DNA from: Chrysomallon squamiferum
Taxonomy: Eukaryota; Animalia; Mollusca
Direction: 5' to 3'
NCBI GenBank assembly: GCA_012295275.1
Contig: CM022666.1
Coordinates: forward strand, 5,642,001 to 5,706,000
DNA: 64,000 bases
Shown here: in pieces, positions 44,901-59,450 of the stretch
Numbering within the stretch: the stretch's first letter is position 1
Layout of the letters: the number at the start of each line of letters is the position of its first letter
Notes under the pieces: generated by a model
Told to the model about the DNA's origin: nothing
Seen by the model: only the letters and a program-made list of their open reading frames with translations
The model's database searches: none
Translations under genes and position numbers: made by a program

Positions 44901-47900
44901 CGCGCCACCACATGGTCAATTTTCTTACAAACAACTCGGCTCCGAAAGCAAAACATGGCTACCAGTTTACCATTCGCGTTTGTTAAACTTCTGCAAATGA
45001 TAGCCCAGTTGCTTGCAAAATTTTCGCGATAAACGTCGAATTAAACTCGACTTCAGGACCATAAACATAACAATACTATAGAAGAGTACAATATATTCTG
45101 TGATTCAATAACATTTTGCTCGAATGCTTCATTAAAAAATAAACTAATAACCTTTTGTTAAATATCAGTAATTGATTTTTAAAACGGTTTATTTTTGCTT
45201 GAAGCGTTGATTAGCTCCATCAAAGAAAATGCCAATAATGGTGAGATATTTGTTAATTTATCTCATCATTACAGAGATTGTATTGCCAGTTATTAATACC
45301 TGCTACATGTTTCTGAAATGGGCTCCAAGCTTTTTAACTTACCACTAAATATTTAAAATATATTTAAAATACGAAAAATCAATAACATATCCAAAGAAAA
45401 TTATGTTGTACTTTTCAAAGCTGTTGTACACATCTCATTTTTTATTGTATGGCACTTGTGATGTTTTAATTATCTTAAAATGCAATAATATGATAAACAC
45501 TTCAAAAGTTCACACATAAATATAAAATAAATAGATGAAATGTAATAAAATGAAGGCAAAAATGAAGTAAAAAAACAAAAACCCCCAAATATATGGAAAA
45601 CATTGATAAATGCTAATTCATTATTGGTGAAACACTACATAAACTTTTTTCTCAAAGTTTTATGACTTAAATTGTCTATAAATGCAAGTGTCAAGTTATT
45701 CTGATACATTAGGCACTGTTTGTCTGAACTCTGTAGTTTCAAGCATCAGAGCTACTGATTACAATGCTGTCTAAAAAAACAGGCCGCAGTTTGTACAAGC
45801 ATTTTTCTGCAAATCACTGCACTGCATTTAAGTTTTATTTAATGACTTTTAACATTATATGGGAACAATGAACTGTTTAAATTACATCACTAATGATACA
45901 CACGGAAATGCATCAGAAGAGCAGTGCTGAAAAAAGATTTATGATATGGTTACATTAAAGTTGATTACATATGATTTTTGACATTCCATGTAAATAAAAC
46001 TTTTTAAATTATTTCATGAATGATATATCTCAGCCACACAAAAAATGGAGCACATTAAAGTCAGTGATCTGAGTTGGGGAAAGATATGGGTAGACACTGC
46101 AAGTCTGCACGAAATTCTGTATAATCTAAAAAATGCCATTTATTTCTGGAGACATGTCTTTCACCTACCCCAGTTTGGATGTACTGTAACAATGTCTAAT
46201 TCAAGAAGAACATCTGCAAATTTATTTCATTAAAGATAGAATGTGTTTCTGATTTTTGGTAAGGTATTTTAATGTATATGCTGTTATACAATATACAACA
46301 TACAATTACAGATTGTAAATAAGTAAACTTTAATTGCTAGAAACATAACAAAGGTTAACTAATAAACTAATACAGAAACTTTGCATAAACTGTAAAAAGT
46401 AATGGAAACTTTCCCTGCGTACCACTCCATTTCTATGACTGGTCAGAAACCACTCTCTGCTTCACCAAATGTCAAGAGGGTATCAATGTTCTTGTTATCA
46501 CTGAAAGGTTTCTTCAAAACATTAGTAATGATAACCATCTCATCCAATTCCTTTATACTGGAATATCCTTTTCACACACATCCATTATGGGGATACAATA
46601 CACTTGTCTCAATGGTAATTTATTTTGAAACATTTGAAAAATAACAAATAACTTGAAACTCACAAACCAATCAGGTCAAAATTACAGCATCTAGAACAGG
46701 ATTTTTCAAACAGCTTACTCTTTGAGGAATCCTTGTGGATTGGACGAAAAAATTGCAGAAGCCATACAGTTCTGAAAGATTTCAGAATTTGTTGTTTTTT
46801 TGTTGGTTGTTTTTTTTTTTTTGGTACATTTATGTCATTATTTTGTTTATTTTATGGAATTTGGCAAATATGTTCTCAAAAAGGTAGCAACAAATTTGGA
46901 TTTTTTTTTTTTTATCATGAATCTCAAAGCTCCAAATACAAATAATTTATTTTTCTGAAACTGGAGTTTATAAAATCCTGATCTAGAATACTGTATTATT
47001 CTTAACACATATTTACTAACAATATGATTTATTCCAAACTCATTTTAATAACTATGTCTAGACTATTTGTAATAGTCCAAATAATCTAAATAAACTAGTT
47101 TCTATCATACTAATCAATATTAATAATGTATACAATAAACAATACGCAGAACCACAGAAATATGATGAAACTTATGTACACTGCAAACGTATTTTTCATT
47201 GCTTAATATACTTGTTGGTAATGGTGTTAGAAATTACATTTCAAAAATCTTAACCATCATGGTTAATTATACCAAATAAGCAGGGCTGCAATCTGTACGA
47301 TATCACTTGTGATTGGTTCCTTGATGAATACAGGACAATAATGATAATAATAAGAGTAATAATAAAAATAATAAAAACAACAACAACAACAACGATAACA
47401 ATAATATTTTAAAAAGTAACAACTACAAAAGAACTGAACTGGTTCTCATTACTACCAAAATGGCATCACTGCATTTTAACCTGGTTGAGGAAATATTGAT
47501 GACAAGAGATTTACAAGATAAGCATGAAGTCATGAGCTCACAGGTGATATGTAATATTTTACGAAAAAGGGTATCTTTCAATGATTATAAAATTTTGTAC
47601 CTGACATATTGGAATTTAAATTTTTAATTTTTTAATCTAATTTTTTTTTTTTTTTTTAAATACCAGAGACAACTTTAGATGTTCTATTTAAGGGGACAAA
47701 CTAGACAAATAAACAAAATCTATATTTTTTATGTTATAGAATTGAAAATTGGTGGAAAATATCCCACATATAATGACAGTTAGTTAATGATCCATTGCAT
47801 GACAATTCTGAACGTGGAAAATTTTCGACTTGCACAAAAAGACATTTGACAGCAGTAACAAATAGATGGTGATCTTGATTTCCAAAACATGTCCCAATTT

Positions 47901-50900
47901 TCTTTTGAAAGTCAATGGGTGCTTGCTGATTCCTTTTCCTCAATGACCTCACTTGTTTTGACAGTGTCTCGTGCTTTCTGCAATTTTTCTCATGCAGATT
48001 GTAATTGTTTTTGCGAGATATATAACCCGGAAACAAATGCAGACTTTGACTAAAATGTGTAAATTTCAGTGTAAGGCACCTCATAAAATGCATTTTTTTG
48101 GACATAATTAAATTTATTTGGACTTTTTAACTTTATGAATAGAAACCTGAATATATTTTGTAAATGGTTGTCAAAATCTAAAAAAAAAAAAAAAAATTTC
48201 AAATTTTGTTATTTTTCATTTAGCGTGTCCCCTTAACAAATGCTAACAAAGAATATTGTATAATCCTGAACTGAAGTTCACAAAGGAGATGTACTTCATC
48301 AGCTTCAAGTAGATCCTGGTTCTGGTTTTAATCGAGGACTTTTTATTGCTAATGCTACTGTTCAAAAGCAAATTAAATTACATTTCAGATAAGTATTTAC
48401 AAATATACTGGAATAAGTTTAAAAGGATTAATTCCAACTGCAAATAACTTTATGAACAGCAACTACAATTTAATGCAATAAACAGATAAACATTTAAATG
48501 AACAAATTTTCAATTAATTCATGAATAAATTCAACATAACCATAGATACTGAAATACTGAAATACACAATGACTGCAGGAAATAATCATACATATATTAT
48601 ATGTAGAAAAAAAATATTTTCAGATATCTAATTAACTATATCTTATCTTACATTTGATTCATTCTGAACTAAATTCAATGTAACCATAATTGTACTCTGC
48701 AATCAGCTGATTCTGTTCTGTGTCAAATTCAATCTGAGCTTCAACAGTCTCCGATTCAAATCAATACACTTAGAACAACTGTGTCTATCTTTCTATTCTT
48801 CAAATTCAAATGTCTTATGATACATCTTTTTCAGTTCCTTCAGTATCATCATACCCTATGATCCATTATCAATGTCTGTTCTGAACCCATGGTCACTGAA
48901 AAACTTGAGGATAACTTAATAACATTCTGTTCCAGTTTTGGTGTAAATAGATACTGTATGATCCTTGTGCTTTTCTAAAAAAAACATTTTCTGATAGCTG
49001 AATCTACTGGTAAACAAAAATCTCGCATTTTCATAATTAACTGATCCGCCTGAAGTTCTATAAAGGAGGACAATGAAAACATATCCATCAGTGTCTTACC
49101 AGTAACCTCCATTATAAATTTAGCTGCATCTTCAGCTTGGTCAAAAGGACAATGATGTTGAATGGTATAACAAATAATTTTATTCTTGTTTTTTTTTGTA
49201 TTGCAAAGACTACCATTGTTTTTTTTAATTTTTTAATTTTGTTTTTTTTTGTTCCCTCTATGAATGTATCCTTCAGTTCAGGATTTTGAACATAGTTTAA
49301 TTTCTTTAACCTATAATGAAAATTACAGCAATTTTTTTTTTTTTTTTATTAGTTTTATTTTTTATTTTGATCCTACTTAGCAACTTAAGACTCTTTTAAC
49401 AAATTATCATATCTGTCCAACAACTTGCTAGAACTCTTCTTTTTAAGAGATTTTATTTCTTGATTCTTTTTTATTAATAATATTTTTTTCTTCTCAGAGA
49501 CCGACGGACACGTTTTGAACAATACTGTTTTATTTTTTGACGAATGATACGACGTTGCATTCTGTATTTGTCCCTGGCCATTAAACATGCATTTAAGGCA
49601 TTGTTGACTCTTCTCAGCTCTTTCTGTATGGCGGTACATTCACTGCATTTTGCATGTTTTAATAAGGGCATACGTAAGCTCTCCTCCTCAGCAGAACTTT
49701 TCCTTTCACGTATGTTCAATAGCTCACATGTTTCATTGAGAAATAGTTTAATCCTTTCAGAATTATGTTTCTCATCTCTTTTCAGCATTTCCAGGCGCAT
49801 ACAAATTTGATAAATAGAGTGTAGTATGTAATCAACTGAAGGATAATTCCAGGGAATTCCACGTTCTTCACATATCACTTTTAACTGACTGTGCACAGCT
49901 GTGCAATCCTTATATTTCATGTACAGGGCAATAACCAGTCCATTTGACAATATGGGAGCTTCAGAAATTTCAGGGCCAGTATATCTGAAATTGTGTTGTT
50001 TCACATTCCCTGTTGTGCCTGAAGCCATGTTTGATAACTTTTACAGCAATAAGAAATATTTTTAATTGAGTGTGAGGTAAGCAGGACTATTTCTCATTGC
50101 ATACAATGCAATATGCATCAAGTCACATTTACAATGTGCTAACAGATAATGTTAAAATAAGTAATATGTTTAACAGGTAAGCAGGACAAATTCAGTTAAT
50201 TTATGAACTGTTGATATTTGTTTTTATGAGTCATATAGAACATGACATCTTCTAAGTCCTGTTTATGACTGCATACAGCAACTTGATGTAGTTTCAGAAA
50301 TATGGTGTAAACAGTAGAATTTTGTTTTATTTAATCAACCTGCAATTCATTAAAAAATATGTATAAATATATTACTGAAAAAATATAATATTAATAAAAT
50401 CTGAACTAACTTTTTAAATATATTGGATATTTTCTTTGTGGTAATTGTTTGTGTGTATGTGTGAGAGGAGTACATCTAGGTACAACAAATAAGACATTTT
50501 TATGATTTAAATACTAGAGAGACCTATTTTCAAACACAACCAGTCTGGATCATTATTTTATTAGATAACTTGATAATCCTGAAAATATGTTTCGTAAAAT
50601 GAAATATGAAATTTTGTTTTTAAATTTTTAGGTTTTTTTTCGTTTTGATAACATATTGTCTTTTGATGCTTGAACAAATAAATACAAACAGTAAAATAAA
50701 ATATTGCAGATAATCTGAATTGTCAGATTAAACAATTTTATGTTTTTATAACACCCTATAGACTAATATTCACATATCTATTTAAATCAAGGTAAAAAAG
50801 TTGGAAGTAGTTTGGAAAAACATGCATTTTTATTTTAAACTGTTTGATAAGTGAATTTTATTAACATATTTATTTTTATCGAATGATTTTTAAGAGCATT

Positions 50901-52531
50901 TTGTAGCCGATATCATACAAATAAAGAAAATTGACACAAACGTAAATAAATAAATAAATAAATAATATAATATAATATAATATAAAAATAAATAAAAATA
51001 AAAAATGAGGATCGTCCCAATTTCTACTTACCTCCCTTGATTTAAACGACAAAGAATGTCAGACGCTGTTTTTGCTTTTTTTATTTTTTATTTATTTTAA
51101 AAGTTTAATTTTAAAGTTTAATGTCTGAAATTTTATGTAATATTTCTTATGATGTTTCTTTATTTTTTTTTTTTTTTTTTATAACTGTTCCAAAATAATT
51201 TCGAACTATATCTTGAACTAAGATTACCGATAATTTTTTGGATAACTAAATGCATTCATACTATACGTTCTCATAATAGTGTTATTGATACCATATCGGT
51301 TCTCTAATCGCTATTTGTGTGATGTAGAATAGAGAAAGAGAGACAGAGAAAAAAAAAAGAAATAGACACAAACTTTGCTAAGCTAAGTTAGAACTAGTCT
51401 GTTGCTTTAATAATAGAACGACCCAAAAAAAGAAAAGAAAAAAAGATGATTATTATACTTACATTTAGTATTCTTCTCAAGCAAAAAAGTCATATGTTTC
51501 AAAAAAGAAATTCATAGATGACTAATTTAAATATAGAAAAAAACGAAAAAACCCGGTTTCTGCGAGTTTTAGGCTAATGGCGACGTCTGCTCGCCGTTTG
51601 GTTATGTTGCGTGGCGGGAAACGAGTGCGCATGTGTTGAAAATAATTTTCCCAGATAGGTTAGACCGCAATTCATTTTGCTTCCGTATTATTTGGCACAA
51701 ATAGTTAAAACACCAATAGAAAGACCGGCACTCGCTGTTCGCTAGGTAAATAGAAGGAGTTCTAGAACTTCTAAATTGAAATACATCTTGCTTTCATCAT
51801 TGTAGGACATTAAATACAGTGAATACATCAAATTTAATTCAATTTTTTTTGAATTGGACGTGGGCACGTAAAAAGAGTTCTCCATACCATACCAATTTTT
51901 TTTTTTCTTTTTTTTTTTTTTCAATTGGTATCAAGGCTCAGCGATTCGAATTTAAAAAAGAAATATTTGATAAGAAATTTATTTTTGAAACTGGCATTTT
52001 ATCAAATTGGTATGAAGTTTTTAAATTTTCTGATCAACCTGACTTTGGAAAATCATCAAAATCAGCGTTCAGTTTAAGTTAGTAGGTATGTAAATACATT
52101 TTTAAAAACAAATAGTAATAACTTAAAAACAAATAAAATAAAATTGACGCTTCTAAATTAAATGTTTGAATTTAAGTATATGCCACAAAAGATTTTTTAC
52201 TTTTGTAGTTAATACATACTTCATACATAAAGTAGTCAAAGTTAGAATATTTCTATGGATGGATGGATGGGTAGAAGATAGCGCAAAACACGAAAACGTT
52301 GAAACATTGCTGATTCATTCTTTTATCCAAAATGTTTGGACTGGAAATGTTTAAAAGTTCAGAATTTTTTTTCATATTTTGGGAAAATAAAGAATTAGCC
52401 TCAGTGTAAGATCTAAGATCTTCTTCAAATTCCCAACAATCACTGGCCTCACTGTTATTTTTACATAAATTTGGAAAATATCATATTTTAAGCTAATGTG
52501 GATTTCCTTAAAATATTTAACAAGCTAAAGC

Positions 52532-52569
<38 letters not shown>

Positions 52570-54640
52570 GTAGTAGTAGTAGTAGTAGTCGTAGTTGCAG
52601 CTTCAGCAAAGAAAAAGAAACCAAATGAAAAAGGCAGAATATTAAGCATTAGTAGTAACAGTAGTATAAGAAATTGAAGCAGCAGCAGAACCAACCGCAT
52701 CATTAACAAAACGAAAAAATGTAACAGAGATGATGGTGATGGTGATGAAATAGGAGAAAGAAAAATGTTAAAAAATAAAAAGATGAAGAAGAACAAGAAG
52801 AAAGAAAAAACTATAAATATATATATATTCTTACCGCATATCTGATGGTAATCTAGACAGCAATCGTGGTAGCGCCTGCACGCGTTGTTGCACTGGCAGC
52901 TCTTTGACGTGTCCAGAGGCGCCCCACATCGTCCCACACAAAGATCTACAGCTGCAACAGCGAACACGACCCGAGGGTGAGAATAGGAAATTTAAAAGGA
53001 ACAAGATGAAAGTAAACTCGCTTGTATGCGTTTCAGAAGAAATCCATAAAATCCGCAGATTATCAAGATATATACCGTATATACTTGTGTACAAGGCGAC
53101 CTTATGTATAAGTCGATGTGTATTTTAAGACCAAAAATTGCCTCATTTTAGGTATTAGTTGTGTATAAGTCGACTGTAGATTCCAGGCACCGTCACTATT
53201 TTTAGACCAGTGTGACAGTGCCATGAAGGCCTACATTGTACGCCTACTGTAACATAACTTGCACGAGCTGTAACTTGCACGAACATACCATAATAACGTA
53301 AATGCATGTATTACACGAGCTATAGCCTAAATGTATCATAAATAGTATCTCTTTAATGTAATTGGTCTAACATGGAGACCTAACTTACCGTTATATTTAG
53401 CCGTTCTATAATTTCCAAAATTTGTCGGTAGTGGATATTAATGACGGTTGCAATATTATTTCACCAAATTCTTTACAATTACACAAGTGAGTTTTGTTTA
53501 TGAAATTAGGACCGATATTTAGTGCAATTTGGCAGAGAAGTCTGCATTCCTAGATCATTGCAAGACGCCGTAAGGCATAACGCCGTACTGACGGTTTTCT
53601 CGCTTTAAAATGTATTTTTATGTCATTAAACGGAAGAATATCATGTTTTACATTCATAATTGATTTTGTTATTTAATTTTTCAAAATTTTTTATACGATA
53701 AATTATATTTTTGAAAAGCTGAAAGACCGCGATTATTTTAGATGCATCCCGTAGCAAAAAATAGTCAAAATGGCGACTCTTCAGCAACAGCTACAAAAGC
53801 ATTACCTATGCATAAGTCGACCCCCAAAATATTACCTTAATATAGTCTCCCAAAAATTCGACTTTTACACAAGTATATACGGTATATACATATATATGTA
53901 CACACACACACACAGATATATACGTACATACACACACACATATATGGATAGATAAATACATAAATACATACATACGTACTTACATACATATTTATACGTG
54001 TGCATATACTTATGTGTATGCATGTTTCCATTTCGTAAATTTTATCTTTACTCCCTGCAAATAGTTCTGTTTTTTTTTTTTTTCTCTCAAAAACTCCTAG
54101 TGCTGGCACGTTTTACATTTACACTCTGTCAGCATCCCGCTTTCCCTGTCCTTTTTAATACATGCCATATACTGTTTCCACATTATCAACACCAATTAAT
54201 CACAGCTGTTAAATTCATTAGATACATACATGCATAGATACACACACACACACATACATACATACATACATACATACATACATACATACATACATACATA
54301 CATACATAGATACATACATACATACATGATTGCATACGTAAATACATACATGAATACACATATACGTACATGCGTGTACATTTACACATTCATTTATTAC
54401 ATACGTACATGCATGTATAAATATACACACACATATACACACACATACGTACAAAACCCCACATACAACCACCAGACATTCACACACTCATATCCAAGCA
54501 CACAGTGACAAAGACTGTACTAACAATGTTAGATATCTAACACTTCAAAACGTACCAGAATATTTACACTTACCGATAAACCCATGGACTACTGACACTT
54601 GACCAAGCAGTAACAGAACAATTCCTAAACACGTGTTCAT
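41481..54640 (-). CDS. ENDOU: Secreted uridylate-specific endoribonuclease EndoU/XendoU family with one somatomedin B domain (344 aa; exons 54640-54574, 52951-52835, 44020-43828, 43399-43200, 42512-42286, 41711-41481)
   Basis: Six phase-compatible GT-AG exons totalling 1035 nt: signal peptide MNTCLGIVLLLLGQVSVVHG, SMB CVGRC..CQCNNACRRYHDCCLDYHQIC, then LWNAD, FIALLDNY, SSAFEHIFVGE, GFHNWIRFY, FNWRNHYKK, GSSPEFEMAL, SAY. His-His-Lys catalytic triad motifs present. Confidence 0.93.
46390..50028 (-). pseudogene. Decayed transposase-like gene nested in EndoU intron 2
   Basis: 184-aa ORF 50028-49474 (CxxC then basic coiled coil) followed by broken coding-like stretches (CYTIQHHCPFDQAEDAAKFIMEVTGKTL near 49170-49090; EMEWYAGKV near 46435-46410). 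Family assignment is recall-based. Confidence 0.45.
47688..48236. mobile_element. Kolobok-type MITE (coordinates include TTAA target sites)
   Basis: TTAAGGGGACAAACTAGA ... TTTAGCGTGTCCCCTTAA: short TIRs starting with purines, TTAA duplication. Confidence 0.75.
51550..51750. promoter_or_regulatory. CpG-rich promoter-like patch (duplicate at about 26470-26670)
   Basis: TGGCGGGAAA (E2F consensus, 51612), TGCGCATG (NRF1-like, 51626), AATGGCG (YY1-like, 51576); strong minus-strand donors at about 51462 and 51031 lead toward the 50028 ORF. Confidence 0.45.
53075..53882. mobile_element. Non-autonomous Tc1/mariner (pogo/Tc2-type) element, copy B
   Basis: Same TIRs and TA flanks as 27965-28772. Confidence 0.85.
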
Positions 54641-54749
54641 TCTGACAGCCTGTTACAGAAAGAATGTTAAGAGTTCAACAACGTTTTATAACGATTTCAA
54701 CGTTAAGGTGACCTGTACCATGAAAATACGCATACATTCCATGCAAATA

Positions 54750-54790
<41 letters not shown>

Positions 54791-55623
54791 GATGTTACTT
54801 GATCACTTTCACAACCCTGTAGAAAAGACACTTTTTAAACTATTAATGATTAGATGACGTATTTCTTTTCGTCATTGTGTCTTTTCGTCACATTCAGAGA
54901 GATTTAGACAAGGAAACAGCTCTTTAATACCTTTTTACATGTCAAGGATTTTATGTTTTGTTTCCCTCTCGCCGTTACGTCATAACAGCTAAAACTATTC
55001 ACCGCAGTATCAGTATTAGTTTATCATCAGGGAAGTAAGTCATGTCACGTGATTTTTTTTTTTTTTTTTTTTTTTAGCGAACGATTTAAATGTTTGTTTT
55101 CTCAAAGGACTTAAGGTACCTTTTCACGGACCATGACACGTAATGACTTACCACTGTTTTCTTTCGTCACGAACTAAACAGATGTCATTTTTTTATCTTA
55201 TTAAGGATTGCCCTGGGTTGTCGTTGATTAGTTTAGGGGTGTTTTTTTGCGTTTTTCTTTTCTTTTATGTGTTTTTTTTTTTTTTTGGGGGGGGTGTTGT
55301 TTTGTTTTATTTGTTTTGAATTATTTCTTTTTCTGTCTATTTTATTTTGTTTTATTGTTGTTGTTGTTTTTTAACCTCATGACATCATGAACTCAAAATA
55401 TTACATTATGAATGAATGATGAACAAAAAGATTTTAAAATTTGATTTCACAAACCGCAGCTGCAACAGAAACAACAACAACAACAACAACAATATCAACA
55501 ATAACAACAATACCTACATTAATTTTAATTATTAATCAAAAAAAAAAAAAAAATACAAAATATAAACGATGATGATGATGGTATGATAATAGTATTATTA
55601 ATATTAATATTAATATTAATAAC

Positions 55624-55675
<52 letters not shown>

Positions 55676-56160
55676 CAATAATACATTTTTAAATTCTTGT
55701 TACTAATCCAGTGGAAAGGTAGTTTTTCTTTGGTCTATTTTATGTATTTTGTACTTTATACCTACGGTGACCCATTTACATATCACCCCATGGAATTTTA
55801 TCTTGTATATCGCAAGAGAATGACCTTGCATTAGATTTGATTACGTGTCTTGTATCAGTGGTTCCTAACACTTTATCTTTCTACGTTCCATTCAATATAA
55901 TTTTGAAGATTCGGCTTCTTATGGTTATGTCCAAACTAAATCTGTCATCAAACCTTCTGAACACTAGGGCTGGTAGTAAAATGATTTTCTAGGCCTCTTT
56001 TGAAAATCATCTCTCAGACTATTTGGAATTAGTTGTTAGATTGGTTATTTTGAAATGATATGAAATGAAAAAGAATGCTCTTAAGAAATAATAATAATAA
56101 CAACAACAACAGTAAATAAATAGAAAAATAAATAAATAAATAAAATAAAATAAAGAAATA

Positions 56161-56772
56161 CAGTGGTACCTCGACTTTTCCGAGTTACGAGCATTCGCCC
56201 GGTCGAGTTTTTGCTTTGAGTTGCGAGCTAAATCCGAGTTGCGATCTAAAATCAGTTACGCCGCCACTAGTTGGCGCAACGAAAAACATAACATCCGGCC
56301 AGCATCCCGCGTATCAATCGTTATACTTGACGTGGTTACCATCGCCGCGGAATCATCTCTGTTGTGTTCTGCTCGCGTTTTGTGCAGTATTTTGCCATAT
56401 TTTGTTTTTCTGGCAGTGGATCCTAAGAAAGTGAGTGCAAAGGTCAGTACTGAGAAGAAGAAGCGGATGATGTCCATTGAATTAAAGCTTGAATTCAGAG
56501 AAAAACATGAGCAAGGAATGTATGTAACCGAGTTGGCTAGCCAGTACGAGCGTAGTACTTCTACGATAGTCTTTTTTTTTTTTTTTTTTTTTTTTTTGTT
56601 GTTGTTGTTGTTTTTATACTATGTTTGTCATTTATGAATACATTTTTCTTGTTTAAAAACACATCAAAAAAAAAAAAAAATGGGAACGGATTAATTGTAT
56701 TTCAATTAATTTCAGTTGGAAAAATTGATTTATACGAGCAATCTGAGAAACTCGTAAGTCAAGTTACCGCTG
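56161..56772 (+). mobile_element. Internally deleted Tigger/pogo transposon, copy B
   Basis: As 31004-31601. Confidence 0.88.
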
Positions 56773-59450
56773 TATTTTAAAACAAAGACAACAAAATACA
56801 TAGTACAGTATGTTGAAGCCCGCTTTAAATTGGTCGCACTGATATCCATATAAAATAAGACTTACCATCCTTCTTCTGGAACAATTGGTCATGAGTTAAT
56901 ACCCTTTACAATATGGAGATTTGATCCCTGATTATCACCGAATTTTGCGAACTAACCCAGTATTAATAAAAAAATTTAATGAATAAAATTTAATTATGGA
57001 TAGATTTCAAATATGGTTTATTTACAATTCTAATATACAGCTTTTTTTAAAGGATAAAACTCCGAGTTAAATATCTCCACCTATATATCACAGATATCCT
57101 GTACTATCAATAACTAGCAAGCAATATCACTTCTGTTTATCATTTAACCAGAAGACTTGACATAATCGTAACTACATTGAGGCGATTGAGGCAAATGCCG
57201 AGAGAAACGATATCCGTTGAACGAATTCGCTTATATCTACGATTACCGTTGCGATGAAAGACATAACTGACCTCAAAAAACCAGACGTCAAAGAGATATA
57301 CTGAACATCTGATGATTTAAAGCATACAGTCTCCTTTTCACACGTTTCAGTCTTAGCCCGTTTCTCGCCCTGATGAAATGTATACTGACATTTAGTGTCA
57401 CTATAGCGCTCAAGTTATATCTCTGAAAAACTGACCCCTCGCCCCAATTTTTTTGCCCCGCTCCATCGGCGATTAAGTGTTTTTGTCTCATTTCAAAAAG
57501 AGTCCAGTTAAACATTTTGATTAATTTAACGTTCGTTCATTTATCCTTTTAAATGTTTTGAACGCCAGGAAAATTAAATATAACAAAATCTTAGAGTTTT
57601 ATAAGTTTATTAATTCACAACACAATATTCAATACAAAAGATATTATAAATGATTTAAGCAAAGAATTTTTGGGGTACTTTTTAAATTATTATTTCCATT
57701 ACAATTTCGCACACAATGGGATTATTTTCTGCAGCATGTTTTATTTAAAAAAAATAAAGTAAAAGACAAAACTAACCAAAGAATATAAAAACCAAATTGT
57801 GTTAAAACAAATACATAAATAAATTAGAGAGACTTCAAATGTTAATTTAAAACAAGGATCAGCAAACGTTTTAGACAATCAACCTTTTCATGAAATTCTT
57901 GATCTCTCATTAACATACAAAATAAATAAATATATATTATAAATAATAAATTTTTGTATTTGAGTATAATAATTGCTTCACCCTTTTCCTTCATAACTGA
58001 TTCTCAATAAGATTAATTTCATCTTTGTATTTGAATTGTCCCATTGATTCCCAGGGACTGCTACTTACTAGCTGCCAACCCCTAATTAAATAGAAATCCC
58101 AAAACAGTATAATACTAAATGCCAAAAACACAAAAAAAAAAAAAATAAATAACGAAACAAATTCATAAACAATATAAAATACTGAGTCAAAGTTATAAGT
58201 CAAAATACATGTAATTAATAAAATATTAATGCTAAAGAAAAGTAAAGAATCAAATAACAACAATAAAATGAACCACCATAAATAATAATGAAACAATTAT
58301 TTTTCTAAAATTCATTTCTAATGCTCTTTCTGCTAGAGGACATTATTTACTAAAGAATCCTGGTAGAAAACTCTAACTTTTTCAAGCGAATTGAGAACAC
58401 ATGCAATGTCAGGTGTTTCCTTCAAACAGTTATAATATTCAAATTGTGTGTAATATACAGCTTAATACTATTTTGGTAAAGCTTACTTTTAACATCATCA
58501 GCTACAACAACAACAACAGCGACAGCAACAAAACAAAATATGAAATACGGATAAGTATTTCAAATTAATTTTCAAGCTTTCCGATTTTTTGATGTTTTCA
58601 GGACTATGTACAGATTCATTTACGTTTAAAAGAAACCAAAATAATCTATGATTAAATAATATTAATAATAAAACAGCCAGAACAGAACTTAAATAGTATT
58701 TAAGACAATAATATAATAAAAATGACAAGTGAAATACAGTAGCAATAACAAATAACTGATATTACAATAGAAAACAACAGCAAAAATAAATAATTAAAAT
58801 GAATCAGAATACAAAAAAAAAAGATTAAAATGAAACAACATCAAAAATTTAAATAACTGGTGAAGCAATAATAACTTCAAACATGTTTCAATATTCCTGT
58901 TTTGCTGAACTGAAGCATATACCAAAACATAAATTTTATAAAGCCTGATCATAAAACTGATAAATAATTTCTAAAATAAAAAATTCTACTATTTAAATGA
59001 AATAAATTTACAATTAGTTATTTAACAAGTGTGTAAATATTATCTTGACTTTGATTTTATCATTACATCACAAAAAGTTACTCTTTTTTTTTTTAACATT
59101 TAGATTTCATTTTAAAAAATTTCAGTAAACATTTGAACATTTTTATTATTATTATTTTCTTTTTTTTAGCTTGGTATATAAACAAATTGATATAGTATTT
59201 TTAACAAAAAATTGCCTGACAGAAATGTGAAGAAGATAGGCTTAACCTTTATTATGTATAGGATTAAAATATTTCATATCCATGTCTATGTCCATAGGTA
59301 TATCTATATCTATATCTCTGCATGAAGCAAATGTTACGGAATATAATCCAGGTTAAAAATATAAAAAAAAAAATATATATATATATATATCTGTTCTTTG
59401 TTTCATACAAAAGCCACGAACAGCATGGACTTTGAGAATGAACCATTTTT

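Noticed and set aside
47734-48105. 123-aa minus-strand ORF as part of the transposase-like gene
   Set aside because: Lies wholly within the TTAA-flanked Kolobok-type MITE; likely a chance ORF.
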